In this document: in pieces, positions 30,478-40,929 of the stretch | Position numbering within the stretch: the first letter of the stretch is position 1 | How the letters are laid out: every line of letters begins with the position of its first letter | NCBI GenBank assembly: GCA_963666835.2 | Contig: CAXXGO010000006.1 | Span: forward strand, 448,001 to 512,000 | Direction: 5' to 3' | Length of the DNA stretch: 64,000 bases | From: Phycisphaerae bacterium | Lineage (GTDB): Bacteria > Planctomycetota > Phycisphaerae > UBA1845 | Translations under genes and position numbers: made by a program | Notes under the pieces: model-generated | What the model saw: only the letters and a program-made list of their open reading frames with translations | What the model was told of the DNA's origin: nothing | Databases searched by the model: none

Positions 30478-33400
30478 TCAGTCTTCACACGTCACGGGCC
30501 AGCAAGTTGGCCGGGCGCCCCAATCACCCGTTGCCTCCGCGGTGTCGACCGTTATTTCACCCAACGTACAAAGCTGGAACTCGGCATAGTCGCGCAGGTC
30601 TACGTCGCCGTCTGCGTCCATATCGGCTGGCGAGTCGGACGCAATACCAGGCCCCTCTAAGGCGTTCCACAGCACCGCAAAGTCAGCCAGATCGGCGCCG
30701 CCCTGGCCATCGAGGTCGCACATCGACTGTGCGGCGGCGATGCTCGCCAGCAGGTCCGCATGAAGCCGATGAAAATCCAGAATACTCATGCTGTCGTAGG
30801 CGTCGCCGCCGAACGGATCGAAGGCATACCCGGTGTGATCGCCGTACCGCTCGCTGAGCGCGCGAGCCACCCGCGTACGATTCCACCCTTCGCAGCCGGA
30901 CAGCACATTCAGATGCTCCGCAAGCTGGACCCCGTGCCGCATGCCCTTCAACCGGATCGTGGCAATACGCCCGTCGAACGATCCGTGCCCCGGCACGTTG
31001 TCGCCGGAGGGCAGCACGGCCAGCGCGTCGGCGTTGGCCCAATCCGTGTGGTAGTTGTCCCAATAGGGCAGGGCGCCGTCGAGGCCGTGCGACCAATGCC
31101 GTAGCGTATCGGCGCTATGCCCGGTGAGCGGATCGGTCGCGGCCGGTCCGGTTCCGTACCACCACCAGCTCTCGTCGATCGGCTCGGCGAAACGGCGATA
31201 GCGTGCCTGGCGGTAGTACCACTCGATATCGCCGCCCATCACCCGGAGGTCGCAGGTGCCACGCAACTGTCCCCAGTTCTGACCCCAGCGCGTACTCGTG
31301 TCGATTCGCCACTGCCAGTCGACGTCGGGCGCGTCCGCCGATTCCGCGCCTTGTTTAGCCAGATTCAGGAAGTAGGCCGTGGCTCGGAAATCGTCGGCCA
31401 CAGCGTGCTCCTCCAACGTCCAGAGGGAGATACACGGGTCGTAATAGTACTTGTTGTTCAAATACATCTGAAAGGCGGTATCGTGCCAGCCGCGGTCCTG
31501 AGCATACTCAGCAAACTCCCGCGCCACTTGGCGGTAGCCGGTTTCATATTCCGCGTCGAACGCGTCGAAAGCGTCCGGCATATCGTGCCAGGCCGTCGTG
31601 TCGTCACTATCAACCAGTCCGTTCCAGTAAGCCCATCCCGAACCGCTCGCGTCGAAGCCCCACACCGAGTCCGTCAAGCTGACCGGCCAGCCCTCGTGAA
31701 ATGCCGTGTAGAAGTCAGCGACGGGCGTGTTCTCGCCGGGCCCGTGATAGGGATACGTGGGGTGCGTAGGAGAGAATCCGGTCCCGTCTAAGAACGGTCC
31801 GTAATGGTCGGTGAACAGACTCCAGTCGTCTATTGTGGTCGATGCCCCGGTCCCACTCAGCACCGGAGCCCGGTCCTCGTTAACGCCGCCCGTCCAGCCG
31901 TAGGGCAACGTGTTGGGCACCGCCCGGTGCTTATGGCAAAGCTGAAAGACCTGATACCGCGAGCTTTCGCTGCTCCATTTATTGCCGTACCCGTTCAGAT
32001 CGAGCAAGAACGTCGACTTGTCCGGTATGGTGACCGGATGGACTCGAACCGTAAGGCTGATGTTCAACGGGTCGTCCAACTGATCGCAGTCGATGCTGAT
32101 CGTACCGGTATAGGTCCCGGCGTCGGCGGTGCGCGGCACGTAGAGATCCGCCCAGACACTCTGGCATACTCCGCCCGGGTTATTGACACTCGGGACGTCG
32201 AAGGTGCCGGCGAACGGCGCGGATAATGGGATCGCGGGGTCGGGATAATACACGCCGTCGTCGCTGACGTAGTGGAGTTTGAACAGCTCCAGATACTCCG
32301 CGGTCGGGATGGTCGCGCCGCCCGGCCCGACGAGATCGCTGCCGGCCACCGACACATTCGAAAGGCTCTCTGCCAAACGCTCGATGATCAACTGGAACGC
32401 GACCACTTCGTTCCTGCCGGCCGGCAGGTCAACCGTCGCGGTGGCGGAATCCCACACGGCGTTGGCCTTCTTGTAGTCGTCATTACCCGCGCCGGCGTAG
32501 CCGTCGCTCATCCGGTTGCCGGTCGCCGGGTTCACCTTCGCCAGATCGGAGCAGGCCCAGAGGCTGAGCACGCCCGACACCCCGAGGATCGGCTTGCCGG
32601 TCGGGTCCGGCACCGGGAAGCCGCCGTCGATCAGACTGGGGACGTCACTCGCTGCCGGCAAAGTCAAAACGGTGGAAACCACGTTCCCTCTATTGCCGGC
32701 CTTATCGTATGCTTGCACGAAGAAGTGGTATTCCTGCTGGGGATCCAAATGCTCGATGAACACCGTCTGGACAGTACCGGCATCAAGAGGCCGGGGAATG
32801 CGCCATCTATCGACCGGGATCGCCGCGGCGAAATCCGATCCGATGGAATAGCGCACGTCATACCCGAAAGCCCGGCCGTCCTCGGTATCTTCCGGGGCAG
32901 CAAAACTGAGCACGACTTCGCCGTCCCACTCGCCGGGGCTTGCCGTCAAACCCGCTACATCACCCGGGCCAGTGACATCGTCCTGTGTAGTCTTCAGATA
33001 AAGCCGCGGCTGCAGCGCGCTGCTTTGCTCGCTCGTATAGATGGAAGGATTGACCCAGGTGCGACCTCGCCCGTCGGTGATCGTCAGCCCGTATTGGTCC
33101 AACACCATCGCGTGGACCAGAGCCGGATCGAGCTTCATCGCAATCCAGGTCTGCCCGCCGTCGTCGTAGGTCTTGAACGTGCCGCCGTGCTTGCTGCTGA
33201 GCGTCGTAAGCGAGCCGAAGTTCCCGAAGCTGGCCGTGGTGAAGTCGCTGCCGGGGAAGGTCCACTCGACACTCTCTTCCGGGGAAGCGGCGTTGTAGGC
33301 GCGATATCGCCAGCACGGGTTCCCATCGACACCGTTACCGGTAGTGCCCTCATCCCAATCGGTGTTAATCGTGGCGGCGGCGAGGGCGAACACCTCCGAA

Positions 33401-35871
33401 CTCGGATTCGAGCGGGCGACGTGCAGCTCCGCGTGCGTAACGGTTTGTCCCGCATAGACGGACAGATCCCATTTGAGCAGCGCCGGGTCGTCGTGGTTCT
33501 TGATCCGCACCGTCGACGACGTGCCGCGGTTAATCAGCCACTCCGCCTGGTTACGAGGTCCGGCGTAAAACGCTAACCCCGTATCCTCCGTATTGAGCAC
33601 GACATCGACCTCAGGATCGTCCGGATCGAGCCACTCGGCGGGCGGCTCCTCGTCGAAACACTTGCCCTTGATCTCGTTTACTTTCTGAACGGTCAGCCAG
33701 CACCACAACAGATATCCCGAATGGCTCAGGGCCGCGCCGTTGTCGGTATAAGGACTGCTCGCCGCCGAATAGCCGCCGTGCGACGCGCTGGGGTGGACCC
33801 CATCTGAGCTGATCAACGTTCCGTCCCACGAGTCGTCCGGTCGGCGACGCACGATCTCTTCATACAAGTCGATCAACGGCAAGTGTCGGCTCTGCGCCAG
33901 ACTGCGCACGGCCGCGTTATAGTCCGCGACTGCCGACTCCCGATTCCGCCGCGGCGGCAGCGTCGTTAGCGCTACGACGGTGTTATTGACCTCCACACGA
34001 TCGACGATTGCCTCCAAATCGGCGATGAACGAGGCGGTCGGACGCGGTCCGCTGACGTCGTTCGTACCCAGCAGGATCACCACGATCTCGGCGTCGCGAT
34101 ATTGCTTGCCGTCGGGGTTCGTATCCCCCGCGGTGAACATCTGATCCGCGCTGGGCAACCCGCCCCAGCCGCTCAGCATGCCTTCGGTGGTGATCGAGCT
34201 GCGGGCGGTGTAGCTGCCGTTACGCCCCGGTACGTCCACCCGCGACAGGTACCACCCGTTGGGCGAGTTATTGTGGATTGGGTCGGGCCAGGTATCGCCG
34301 GAGTGCATCCAGTTGCAGATTGCCGCGTCGGATGCGGTCTTGCCCGAACCATACTGCGCCCACTGCCCACCCGGGTTGGCATACGTGATCGAATCGCCCA
34401 GCCGGACGACGAACCCGTGGGTTTGCACGGCCGGGTCCTTGCTGCCATAGAGTTCCCGCCCATGGGCGACCCAGCCGGTCGCTCCGTCCTCCCACGCGTC
34501 GTCGTATCCGCAGGCCAGGTCGAGGTCCGCATCCTGATCGCGCACGACCAACGTTACCGGGATGAACTGCGGCGAGTTCTCGGCCGCAGGATCGCTCACC
34601 TGAATCTGTGCCGTATGCGTGCCCCGAGCAACGCCGGTGTGGTCCACGTGAACCAATAGCGTGTCGCCATCGCTGCCCGTTGTATTACTGAGCGAAAGCC
34701 AGCCGACCGGCGCGTCAACGACCGAGGCCGTCCAGTTCAGCACGCCGAACGCCGGGTTATCAACGACCACCGGCATTGCGGCCGGGGGGGCGGCGCTGGG
34801 GGCGAGATCCATATTCAGTTCACTCGGGGCCAGCTCGATCTGAGGTGACCCGGACGCAAAGACTGTTAGATCGATCCATACGCTTGCCGGTGCGTTCGCC
34901 GCCGCGGCATCCGTGATGTCAATACGGCCGGAATACTCACCCGGTGTCATATCGGTGACATCTATGGTCACGTCGAAGGTGTCTCCGTTGCTGCCTGACG
35001 GATTGGCAAGCGTTATCCAGGGCACCTCCGGAGCTTCGGCCGCAGTCCACGAGAGCATGCCGCTACCCGCATTATTGACCGCTACGCTGTACGGCGGCGA
35101 TATCGGGTCTCCGCCGTGCATCATCAGAGTAAGCGTCGCCGGCGTCGGCGTGATCCACGGGGCCGTCTGCGGAGGCGGAGCAATTTCGACTCGAATGTCA
35201 ACCGAGCCGCCCCACTGGTCGTACCCGAAGACGTCGATGTCGCCGTCGGTCTTGCGGGATCCGACGAACAAGCCGTCCGCGCTCGGGTTACGCAGGTAGT
35301 GCATAATTAGCGACTCGGGAACGTCGATAACGACGTTCCAATAGTCGCGGCCCGCGTGCGGGTTCTCGGCGGAGGACTTCCAGATCGCCTGCCACTGTGA
35401 CGGGTTCGGTTCGAAGACTGCGGAGTCACCCGTGGCGACGCCGGCCAGGACGGCCGCCGCGAAGCTGCCGTAGTTCGTTGAGCCATATCGCCAGCTTCCG
35501 GCCCCGGCGTTGTAAGCGTAGGCTGAGAACCAGGAAAGCGTGCCCGGGTCGATATCCACCGACCCGGCTACCGGATCGAGATCCGCCGGAACAGGATCGT
35601 CCACCCACTCCACCTGCGAAACGATGACGCGCGCATCCCATCCGCCGTGTGTGGTCAGGACGTTGTCGACCTCACTTTCTATTGCTGCCGGATCGAACTC
35701 CGCGAAACTCGCCCCCGCCCCGGCTTGCGGCCACAGCTCTATGCTGGGATGCCAGGTGGCGTTCCAACCCCCGCGCCAGCCGGCAATGTGTTGCGGCGTG
35801 TGCTGAACGATTCCACCGAAAACAGATGTACAGCTTAGACAGACGAGAACAGACCAGAACGTGCGCATCAT
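30478..35871 (-). CDS. Large exported multidomain protein: BACON-like x2, SGNH hydrolase, DNRLRE-like, FN3, GH123/DUF4091-like, dockerin-like tail
   Basis: GGAGG RBS and signal peptide MMRTFW; NAGSGMLSWTA; LGDSIT...LGTND...DGVHP; ALLKWDLS; GRNEVVAFQLII and VWADLYVP; CDLDGQGGADLADF / ADMDADGDVDLRDY. Domain names are from motif recognition. Confidence 0.85.
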   Translation of the reverse strand: MMRTFWSVLVCLSCTSVFGGIVQHTPQHIAGWRGGWNATWHPSIELWPQAGAGASFAEFDPAAIESEVDNVLTTHGGWDARVIVSQVEWVDDPVPADLDPVAGSVDIDPGTLSWFSAYAYNAGAGSWRYGSTNYGSFAAAVLAGVATGDSAVFEPNPSQWQAIWKSSAENPHAGRDYWNVVIDVPESLIMHYLRNPSADGLFVGSRKTDGDIDVFGYDQWGGSVDIRVEIAPPPQTAPWITPTPATLTLMMHGGDPISPPYSVAVNNAGSGMLSWTAAEAPEVPWITLANPSGSNGDTFDVTIDVTDMTPGEYSGRIDITDAAAANAPASVWIDLTVFASGSPQIELAPSELNMDLAPSAAPPAAMPVVVDNPAFGVLNWTASVVDAPVGWLSLSNTTGSDGDTLLVHVDHTGVARGTHTAQIQVSDPAAENSPQFIPVTLVVRDQDADLDLACGYDDAWEDGATGWVAHGRELYGSKDPAVQTHGFVVRLGDSITYANPGGQWAQYGSGKTASDAAICNWMHSGDTWPDPIHNNSPNGWYLSRVDVPGRNGSYTARSSITTEGMLSGWGGLPSADQMFTAGDTNPDGKQYRDAEIVVILLGTNDVSGPRPTASFIADLEAIVDRVEVNNTVVALTTLPPRRNRESAVADYNAAVRSLAQSRHLPLIDLYEEIVRRRPDDSWDGTLISSDGVHPSASHGGYSAASSPYTDNGAALSHSGYLLWCWLTVQKVNEIKGKCFDEEPPAEWLDPDDPEVDVVLNTEDTGLAFYAGPRNQAEWLINRGTSSTVRIKNHDDPALLKWDLSVYAGQTVTHAELHVARSNPSSEVFALAAATINTDWDEGTTGNGVDGNPCWRYRAYNAASPEESVEWTFPGSDFTTASFGNFGSLTTLSSKHGGTFKTYDDGGQTWIAMKLDPALVHAMVLDQYGLTITDGRGRTWVNPSIYTSEQSSALQPRLYLKTTQDDVTGPGDVAGLTASPGEWDGEVVLSFAAPEDTEDGRAFGYDVRYSIGSDFAAAIPVDRWRIPRPLDAGTVQTVFIEHLDPQQEYHFFVQAYDKAGNRGNVVSTVLTLPAASDVPSLIDGGFPVPDPTGKPILGVSGVLSLWACSDLAKVNPATGNRMSDGYAGAGNDDYKKANAVWDSATATVDLPAGRNEVVAFQLIIERLAESLSNVSVAGSDLVGPGGATIPTAEYLELFKLHYVSDDGVYYPDPAIPLSAPFAGTFDVPSVNNPGGVCQSVWADLYVPRTADAGTYTGTISIDCDQLDDPLNISLTVRVHPVTIPDKSTFLLDLNGYGNKWSSESSRYQVFQLCHKHRAVPNTLPYGWTGGVNEDRAPVLSGTGASTTIDDWSLFTDHYGPFLDGTGFSPTHPTYPYHGPGENTPVADFYTAFHEGWPVSLTDSVWGFDASGSGWAYWNGLVDSDDTTAWHDMPDAFDAFDAEYETGYRQVAREFAEYAQDRGWHDTAFQMYLNNKYYYDPCISLWTLEEHAVADDFRATAYFLNLAKQGAESADAPDVDWQWRIDTSTRWGQNWGQLRGTCDLRVMGGDIEWYYRQARYRRFAEPIDESWWWYGTGPAATDPLTGHSADTLRHWSHGLDGALPYWDNYHTDWANADALAVLPSGDNVPGHGSFDGRIATIRLKGMRHGVQLAEHLNVLSGCEGWNRTRVARALSERYGDHTGYAFDPFGGDAYDSMSILDFHRLHADLLASIAAAQSMCDLDGQGGADLADFAVLWNALEGPGIASDSPADMDADGDVDLRDYAEFQLCTLGEITVDTAEATGDWGARPTCWPVTCED

Positions 35872-35963
35872 AACCACCCTCCGTGTTACCCCAGAAAAAG
35901 CCCCGACGGAATCAGCCCGAAGATCCCGCCGCCGATCATAATACCCGCGCGACATCGGTTTGT

Positions 35964-36578
35964 GTAGCGCAGGCATCCGGCCTGCAAAACGTCGCACGAC
36001 GCCGTCGGCATGGGCAGGGCAGCGTCGAGAGACGAGACCTGCCGCGACCTTCGCGCGACGCGCGCCACTGTGGCAGGTCTCGTTCCTCGACCATGCCCTA
36101 CTTGGCTGCCCAACGAGACCGCCCCGAAACCTTCACACGTGCTCGATGGTATGCCCCGAACGTACGCCGCAGGCGTTCAACAACAAAGCCCGGGGTCAAA
36201 CGAAGCGGCGCAGCCGCGGCGTTTCACCCTGGGTTACGGAACACCCTCCCAGACCAACCCTGAAATGGGTTGAACAACAGATCGTGTCCGAGGGCTGGCG
36301 CCCTCGGCTCAGATGCGCGACGCAGCTTTCTAGAGCGGGCTCATCCGTCGATGGTGCCACCTGAGTGTCAATTCGAGTCCCCCACCGCTGAAGCGATGGG
36401 CCACCCTACATCGTCGGTCTGTGTGGGGCAGGCCGAGGCACGAAACCTGCCGCAACGGTGCGCGACGCAGGCCCTTGTAGGGGTTTGAGTCACCCACCTC
36501 TGAGGAGGCAAGCCACCCGGACAGAGAGTTACGTCGGACGAAGACCGGCGGCAGGTCTCGTGCCTCGACGTGCCCTAC
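35964..36578. repeat. Mosaic REP cluster
   Basis: GTAGCGCAGGCATCCGGCCTGC near 35964; inverted REP-A pair about 36014-36101; AGCCCGGGG...CCCTGAAATGGG unit; REP-A pair about 36423 / 36550-36578. Confidence 0.8.
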
Positions 36579-36628
36579 AACGGCTGACAATCGGGTGTCA
36601 CGGACAAACTGTTGGCGCCGGATCTCAT

Positions 36629-37927
36629 TCAGAACGTAACCCGGGCGCGGAGGCCGGCGACGAAAGCGTCGCGAGCGCTGGGGCGGGCGCCGGGGTTGCG
36701 GATGTACTGCAGGTCGGGAGTCACGTACAGCCACGGGGCTATGAAGATGCGGTAATACAGCTCGTAACCGGTCTCACGCACGAAGTCGTCGTCGATGAGA
36801 AGCCGGTAGTCGTCGGAAGCGCGGGCGGTGTACATACCGAGGCCCAGTACATCGCGGTCCCGGCCGGGGATCAGACCTTCGTACTGCGCCCCGCCCGACC
36901 AGAACTCCGCCAGCCGGTTAACGTCATCGTGCCGGAAACCATAGCGCAGAAACAGACCCAGACCCTGCCGGTCGGCCTCGCTTTCACGATAGATGAGTTG
37001 GTCGAAACTAACGTAGAAGCCGAAGTCGCCTGTCGTGTAATCGGGGGACCGCCGGTTCCGGCCGCGGGTCTCGAACTTCTCCTTCGAGTGCGGGTCGTAG
37101 AAGGTGCCGAAGCGGTAGTTGCCGGGCAGCGGACCGCGGGACGTCGGCAGATCCACATGGAACCGGGTCTCAAAGTGCCCGTAGAATCCGGCGTCGCCGT
37201 GGAAGGCCGTATCGAACCCCGCCTCGAACAGGCGTCCGTCCTTGTCGGCCCCGGCGAACCGAAACTCCAGCCAATCGGTAGCTTCGACAATCAGCGACGC
37301 CCCCAACCCGACCGGGCGCGGCACGATCGCGTTGTTGTTATCCAGGAAGGTGGCCATGAACTGCGTATCTTCCGAATGGGCGTACGCATTGTTGTCCACG
37401 GTAATCTGCATGTCGAGATAACCCAGTTGCAGCCGGATCTTGTCTTCCAGGAAGCGCTGCTCATAGAAGAGCCGGCCGAAGTAGAGCGACTCATCGCCGT
37501 CGGCGTCGTCAAACGGGTCGGAAAGAGCCGCGACCTTGTCATTAATGTTCCGACTGAAGTGGCTCTTGGTGTGCAAGACCAGGCTGCCCCCGGGGATCAG
37601 GTCCATCTTACCGAAGTCGAACGAAAGGATCAGGTCCAGCGTGCCGCTGTTGCGTTGGGCATTGTTCGTATCCGCGCCGCCGCGCATGTTCACGCCGTAG
37701 GTGTGGTTGTAGAAGAGGTCCAGGCGCACGCCTGCATCCTCCAGAGTCGTGCGCGTCCCGCCCCAGTCGCCGGTCAGGCGGGTCCGGTGCATGAGATCGT
37801 CGGTTTCGGCCGCTTGGTCGGCTGCCGGCTGGGCGGCGGCGGTAGTAAGCAGAGCGAGGGTCATTCCCAGCGCGATAACCGGCGGGCGATACCCGTCGTT
37901 ACAGGCGGCCCTTCTCAACAAGTGCAT
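36629..37927 (-). CDS. OprB-family carbohydrate porin
   Basis: LTGDWGGTRTTLEDAGV, EGLIPGRDRDVLGLG, ELYYR...VTPDLQYIRNPG and a C-terminal Phe. Confidence 0.92.
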   Translation of the reverse strand: MHLLRRAACNDGYRPPVIALGMTLALLTTAAAQPAADQAAETDDLMHRTRLTGDWGGTRTTLEDAGVRLDLFYNHTYGVNMRGGADTNNAQRNSGTLDLILSFDFGKMDLIPGGSLVLHTKSHFSRNINDKVAALSDPFDDADGDESLYFGRLFYEQRFLEDKIRLQLGYLDMQITVDNNAYAHSEDTQFMATFLDNNNAIVPRPVGLGASLIVEATDWLEFRFAGADKDGRLFEAGFDTAFHGDAGFYGHFETRFHVDLPTSRGPLPGNYRFGTFYDPHSKEKFETRGRNRRSPDYTTGDFGFYVSFDQLIYRESEADRQGLGLFLRYGFRHDDVNRLAEFWSGGAQYEGLIPGRDRDVLGLGMYTARASDDYRLLIDDDFVRETGYELYYRIFIAPWLYVTPDLQYIRNPGARPSARDAFVAGLRARVTF

Positions 37928-38051
37928 CAAACGTCCTTCCACTTATAGCCCGACCCGATGACGATCTCGGGCGGGGTTGTCGGCGGTCTTCACCTGCCTG
38001 CGCGTCGATCCGCACCTTACGCCTCAAGGCGCTTTGGCTTTGTCAGCAGGA

Positions 38052-39299
38052 TCAGACCTCGTCCAGCAAGTGGCCCATCTTCCTTTTCTTGGTAGCGAGA
38101 TAGAAACTGTTGTGGTCATTCGGCTTGATCTCGAGGCGAAGCTGTTCGGCGATGGTGATGCCGTAGACTTCGAGCCGATTGACCTTCTTGGGGTTATTCG
38201 TGAGGATCCGAAGCTGGCGCAGACCGAGATCGCGAATAATCTGAGCCCCCACACCGTAGTCGCGCCGGTCCACCGGCAGCCCCAGCTCGACATTGGCTTC
38301 GACGGTGTCCAGTCCCCCATCCTGCAAGGCATACGCCCGCAGCTTGTTGTGCAGCCCGATGCCGCGCCCCTCCTGCCGGAGATAGATCACGGCCCCTTTG
38401 CCCGCCTCCTGGATCATCCTCATCGAGACATCGAGCTGCTCTCCACAGTCGCACCGGGCGGAATGCAGAACGTGCCCGGTGAAACACTCCGACTCGACTC
38501 GCAGGATGACCGGCTCCTCGTGAATAATCGGTTGTCCATTCGAATCAAGGTCGCCGACCCCTCCGCAGCACAGAGCAAGGTGCGGTTCCGGATCGATCGG
38601 AGAATGGTACGAGATCAGCGAGAAATCGCCGAAGTGGGTGGGCAGTTTTGTGGTAACGCCGCGGACGACAAAGGGCTCGCGCTGCATGCGGTACTGAATG
38701 ATGTCGGCCACGGTGTACATCCGAATGCCGTGCTCGCGGGCGATTTCCGTCAGATGCGGCACGCGTGCCATGGTGCCGTCATCGTTGAGAATCTCGATGA
38801 TGACGGCCATGGGAGTAAGCCCCGCCAGACGACAAAGGTCCACCGAACCTTCCGTCTGCCCCGCCCGCACCAGCACTCCGCCGTCGCGTGCCATCAGCGG
38901 ATTGATGTGCCCCGGCCTGACCAGATCCGATGGGCGGGCGTCCGGAGCACAGGCGACTTCAATCGTCTTGGCCCGGTCTTCCGCCGATACTCCGGTAGTG
39001 ACTCCGAACCGGCTGTGGGCATCGACCGTAACGGTGAACGCCGTACCGAACTTGGTGTTGTTCGGAGATGCCTGCTGGTGCAGGTTAAGCTCTTCGCATT
39101 TCTGACGGCTCATTGGCAGACATAGCACGCCCCGACCCACCTTGAGCATGAAGTTGATCGCCTCCGGAGTGATCTTCTGGGCGGCCATCACCAGATCGCC
39201 TTCGTTTTCGCGATCCTCATCGTCCACCAAAATGATCATCTTCCCCTCGCGGAGATCCGCGAAGGCCTGCTCAATCGGGGAAAACGGCGACTTACTCAT
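38052..39299 (-). CDS. ribBA: Bifunctional DHBP synthase / GTP cyclohydrolase II
   Basis: [41 protein letters not shown]...[23 protein letters not shown]. Confidence 0.97.
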   Translation of the reverse strand: MSKSPFSPIEQAFADLREGKMIILVDDEDRENEGDLVMAAQKITPEAINFMLKVGRGVLCLPMSRQKCEELNLHQQASPNNTKFGTAFTVTVDAHSRFGVTTGVSAEDRAKTIEVACAPDARPSDLVRPGHINPLMARDGGVLVRAGQTEGSVDLCRLAGLTPMAVIIEILNDDGTMARVPHLTEIAREHGIRMYTVADIIQYRMQREPFVVRGVTTKLPTHFGDFSLISYHSPIDPEPHLALCCGGVGDLDSNGQPIIHEEPVILRVESECFTGHVLHSARCDCGEQLDVSMRMIQEAGKGAVIYLRQEGRGIGLHNKLRAYALQDGGLDTVEANVELGLPVDRRDYGVGAQIIRDLGLRQLRILTNNPKKVNRLEVYGITIAEQLRLEIKPNDHNSFYLATKKRKMGHLLDEV

Positions 39300-39901
39300 T
39301 CTCGAACCCTCTGCGCTTCTGCATGTTGTGCGGCGGCGAACCGGTTACCGATTCTCAGGTAATCCACGGCCGCGCCTATCGCCAGAACGCTGGCGAGCCA
39401 CCATAACACGGGCAAACCCCGTGCCAGGCCCGACGGCAGATCCGGGGCAATCAGAACCGCCGCGATCATCACCAATTGTACCAGAGTACAGGATTTCCCC
39501 AATAACCGCGGTTGGATGAAGAACTTCCCCGTGGTGGCGTAGACCAACCCGCAGCCTATCACCGTCAGAAGGTCCTTGCTCAGAGCGATCACCGGTACCC
39601 AACTGGGGATCCGATAACCAGGCACGGCCGACGATCCGACCGCCAGGATTATCACCGCCGAAGCGATCAGCAGTTTGTCCGCCACCGGGTCGAGGAACCG
39701 CCCCAGCGGGGTCTCTTCGTTGAGCCGGCGGGCGAGGAAGCCGTCGAGGGCATCACTCAGCGCCGAAACCACAAACAGCCCGATGGCCAGGCGTCGCCAC
39801 CCCGACCAGTCGGCGTTCAGATTCAGCATGCAAATGACCAGCGGTGCGACCAGGATGATCCGGGCGATGGTGATTCGATTCGGCCAGTTGAGCCAGGTCA
39901 T
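39296..39901 (-). CDS. pgsA: CDP-alcohol phosphatidyltransferase, PgsA-like
   Basis: NWPNRITIAR and SDALDGFLARRLNEETPLGRFLDPVADKL; ATGA overlap with ribBA. Confidence 0.88.
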   Translation of the reverse strand: MTWLNWPNRITIARIILVAPLVICMLNLNADWSGWRRLAIGLFVVSALSDALDGFLARRLNEETPLGRFLDPVADKLLIASAVIILAVGSSAVPGYRIPSWVPVIALSKDLLTVIGCGLVYATTGKFFIQPRLLGKSCTLVQLVMIAAVLIAPDLPSGLARGLPVLWWLASVLAIGAAVDYLRIGNRFAAAQHAEAQRVRE

Positions 39902-39911
39902 GAGGTCTAAC

Positions 39912-40793
39912 TCAGTTCGGAGAAGCGGACTCGGATCGCGGCACAGAGTCGGCGCTAAGCTCCGCCGTGGCGGTCCCACCTTCGCACCGGTCCGCGAAAC
40001 GTACGATAGTTTCGTACGAACCCGGCATTTCCAGAACATGGTGGGTCCCGTCGGCGTAAACCAATACTAAAGCGGGCAAGCGCAGCTCTCCATACGGAGT
40101 GCGCCGGGCCTTTGCCCAAGGGTTCCAAGAACCGACTCGGGCGTGGGCCATCCCGCGCCAACGAGCAAACACCTCCGGACGCTCGATCATCCCCTCGATT
40201 TCACTCCAATCTCGGGAGAACTGCCGATAGTAAACGACCAGTATGGGCCGGCCCGTATCTTCCGCAAACCTCTGCGCGGACTTCAGGCTGCGCCATTCGT
40301 ATTCCACGCGACGAGGAACCAGCGGGTTTATTCGGGGTGCTTGCCCGGGCTCGGCCGCATCCGACAAGAACCGCTCGACCTGCGCAGTGGTCATGGCCCC
40401 GGTTTGGGCGTGATAGGTGCCGTCGCTACGGACTACAATCAAGGCCGGAGCTCGTTCGACTCCGAACTGGGCGACGTAACGGCGGTCCGGTTCATAGCTC
40501 TTAAAGAGCATACACCTCACGAACTCGCGACTGGCTTTTCTTACGTTTCGCTCTTTCAGCGGTGCCTGGAGCGGGTCCGGACGGCCGCGATGAACGCTTC
40601 GGTACCAGATGAGCATATCGCGGTCTGACTTCCGCATGCGCTTCTCGGCCGTGTCGAAGTCCGCGCCCCAGCCTTCTACGATCCCGTGTTGGAGGGTCGC
40701 GCATCCGGAGCCGGCGAGAACAACCCACGCCGCCGCCATCAGCAGAGTGCCTATACGACCCGTTCTGCGTGCTAAGAGTGCTGCTGCCGACAT
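39912..40793 (-). CDS. Putative lipoprotein with two thioredoxin-like folds lacking CxxC
   Basis: Lipobox LAGSG-C; AQFGVERAPALIVVRSDG and LRLPALVLVYADG resemble Trx-fold cis-Pro strands. Confidence 0.65.
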   Translation of the reverse strand: MSAAALLARRTGRIGTLLMAAAWVVLAGSGCATLQHGIVEGWGADFDTAEKRMRKSDRDMLIWYRSVHRGRPDPLQAPLKERNVRKASREFVRCMLFKSYEPDRRYVAQFGVERAPALIVVRSDGTYHAQTGAMTTAQVERFLSDAAEPGQAPRINPLVPRRVEYEWRSLKSAQRFAEDTGRPILVVYYRQFSRDWSEIEGMIERPEVFARWRGMAHARVGSWNPWAKARRTPYGELRLPALVLVYADGTHHVLEMPGSYETIVRFADRCEGGTATAELSADSVPRSESASPN

Positions 40794-40929
40794 TGCAAAT
40801 CCCACCTCCGCGCGCCGTAGCTTTCGCCACCCCCGCCTGGGCGGATCTTGAAGCCGCCGCACGGAATCACCGTCGTTGGTTTATCGGTCGAAGTCTACTT
40901 GTCGGCCCGAAGGGAGGCAACTGGCAGCG

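Noticed and set aside
36365..36500. tRNA-like TTCGAGTCCC and GGTTTGAGTC motifs
   Set aside because: No cloverleaf or acceptor stem; they are part of a repeat mosaic.
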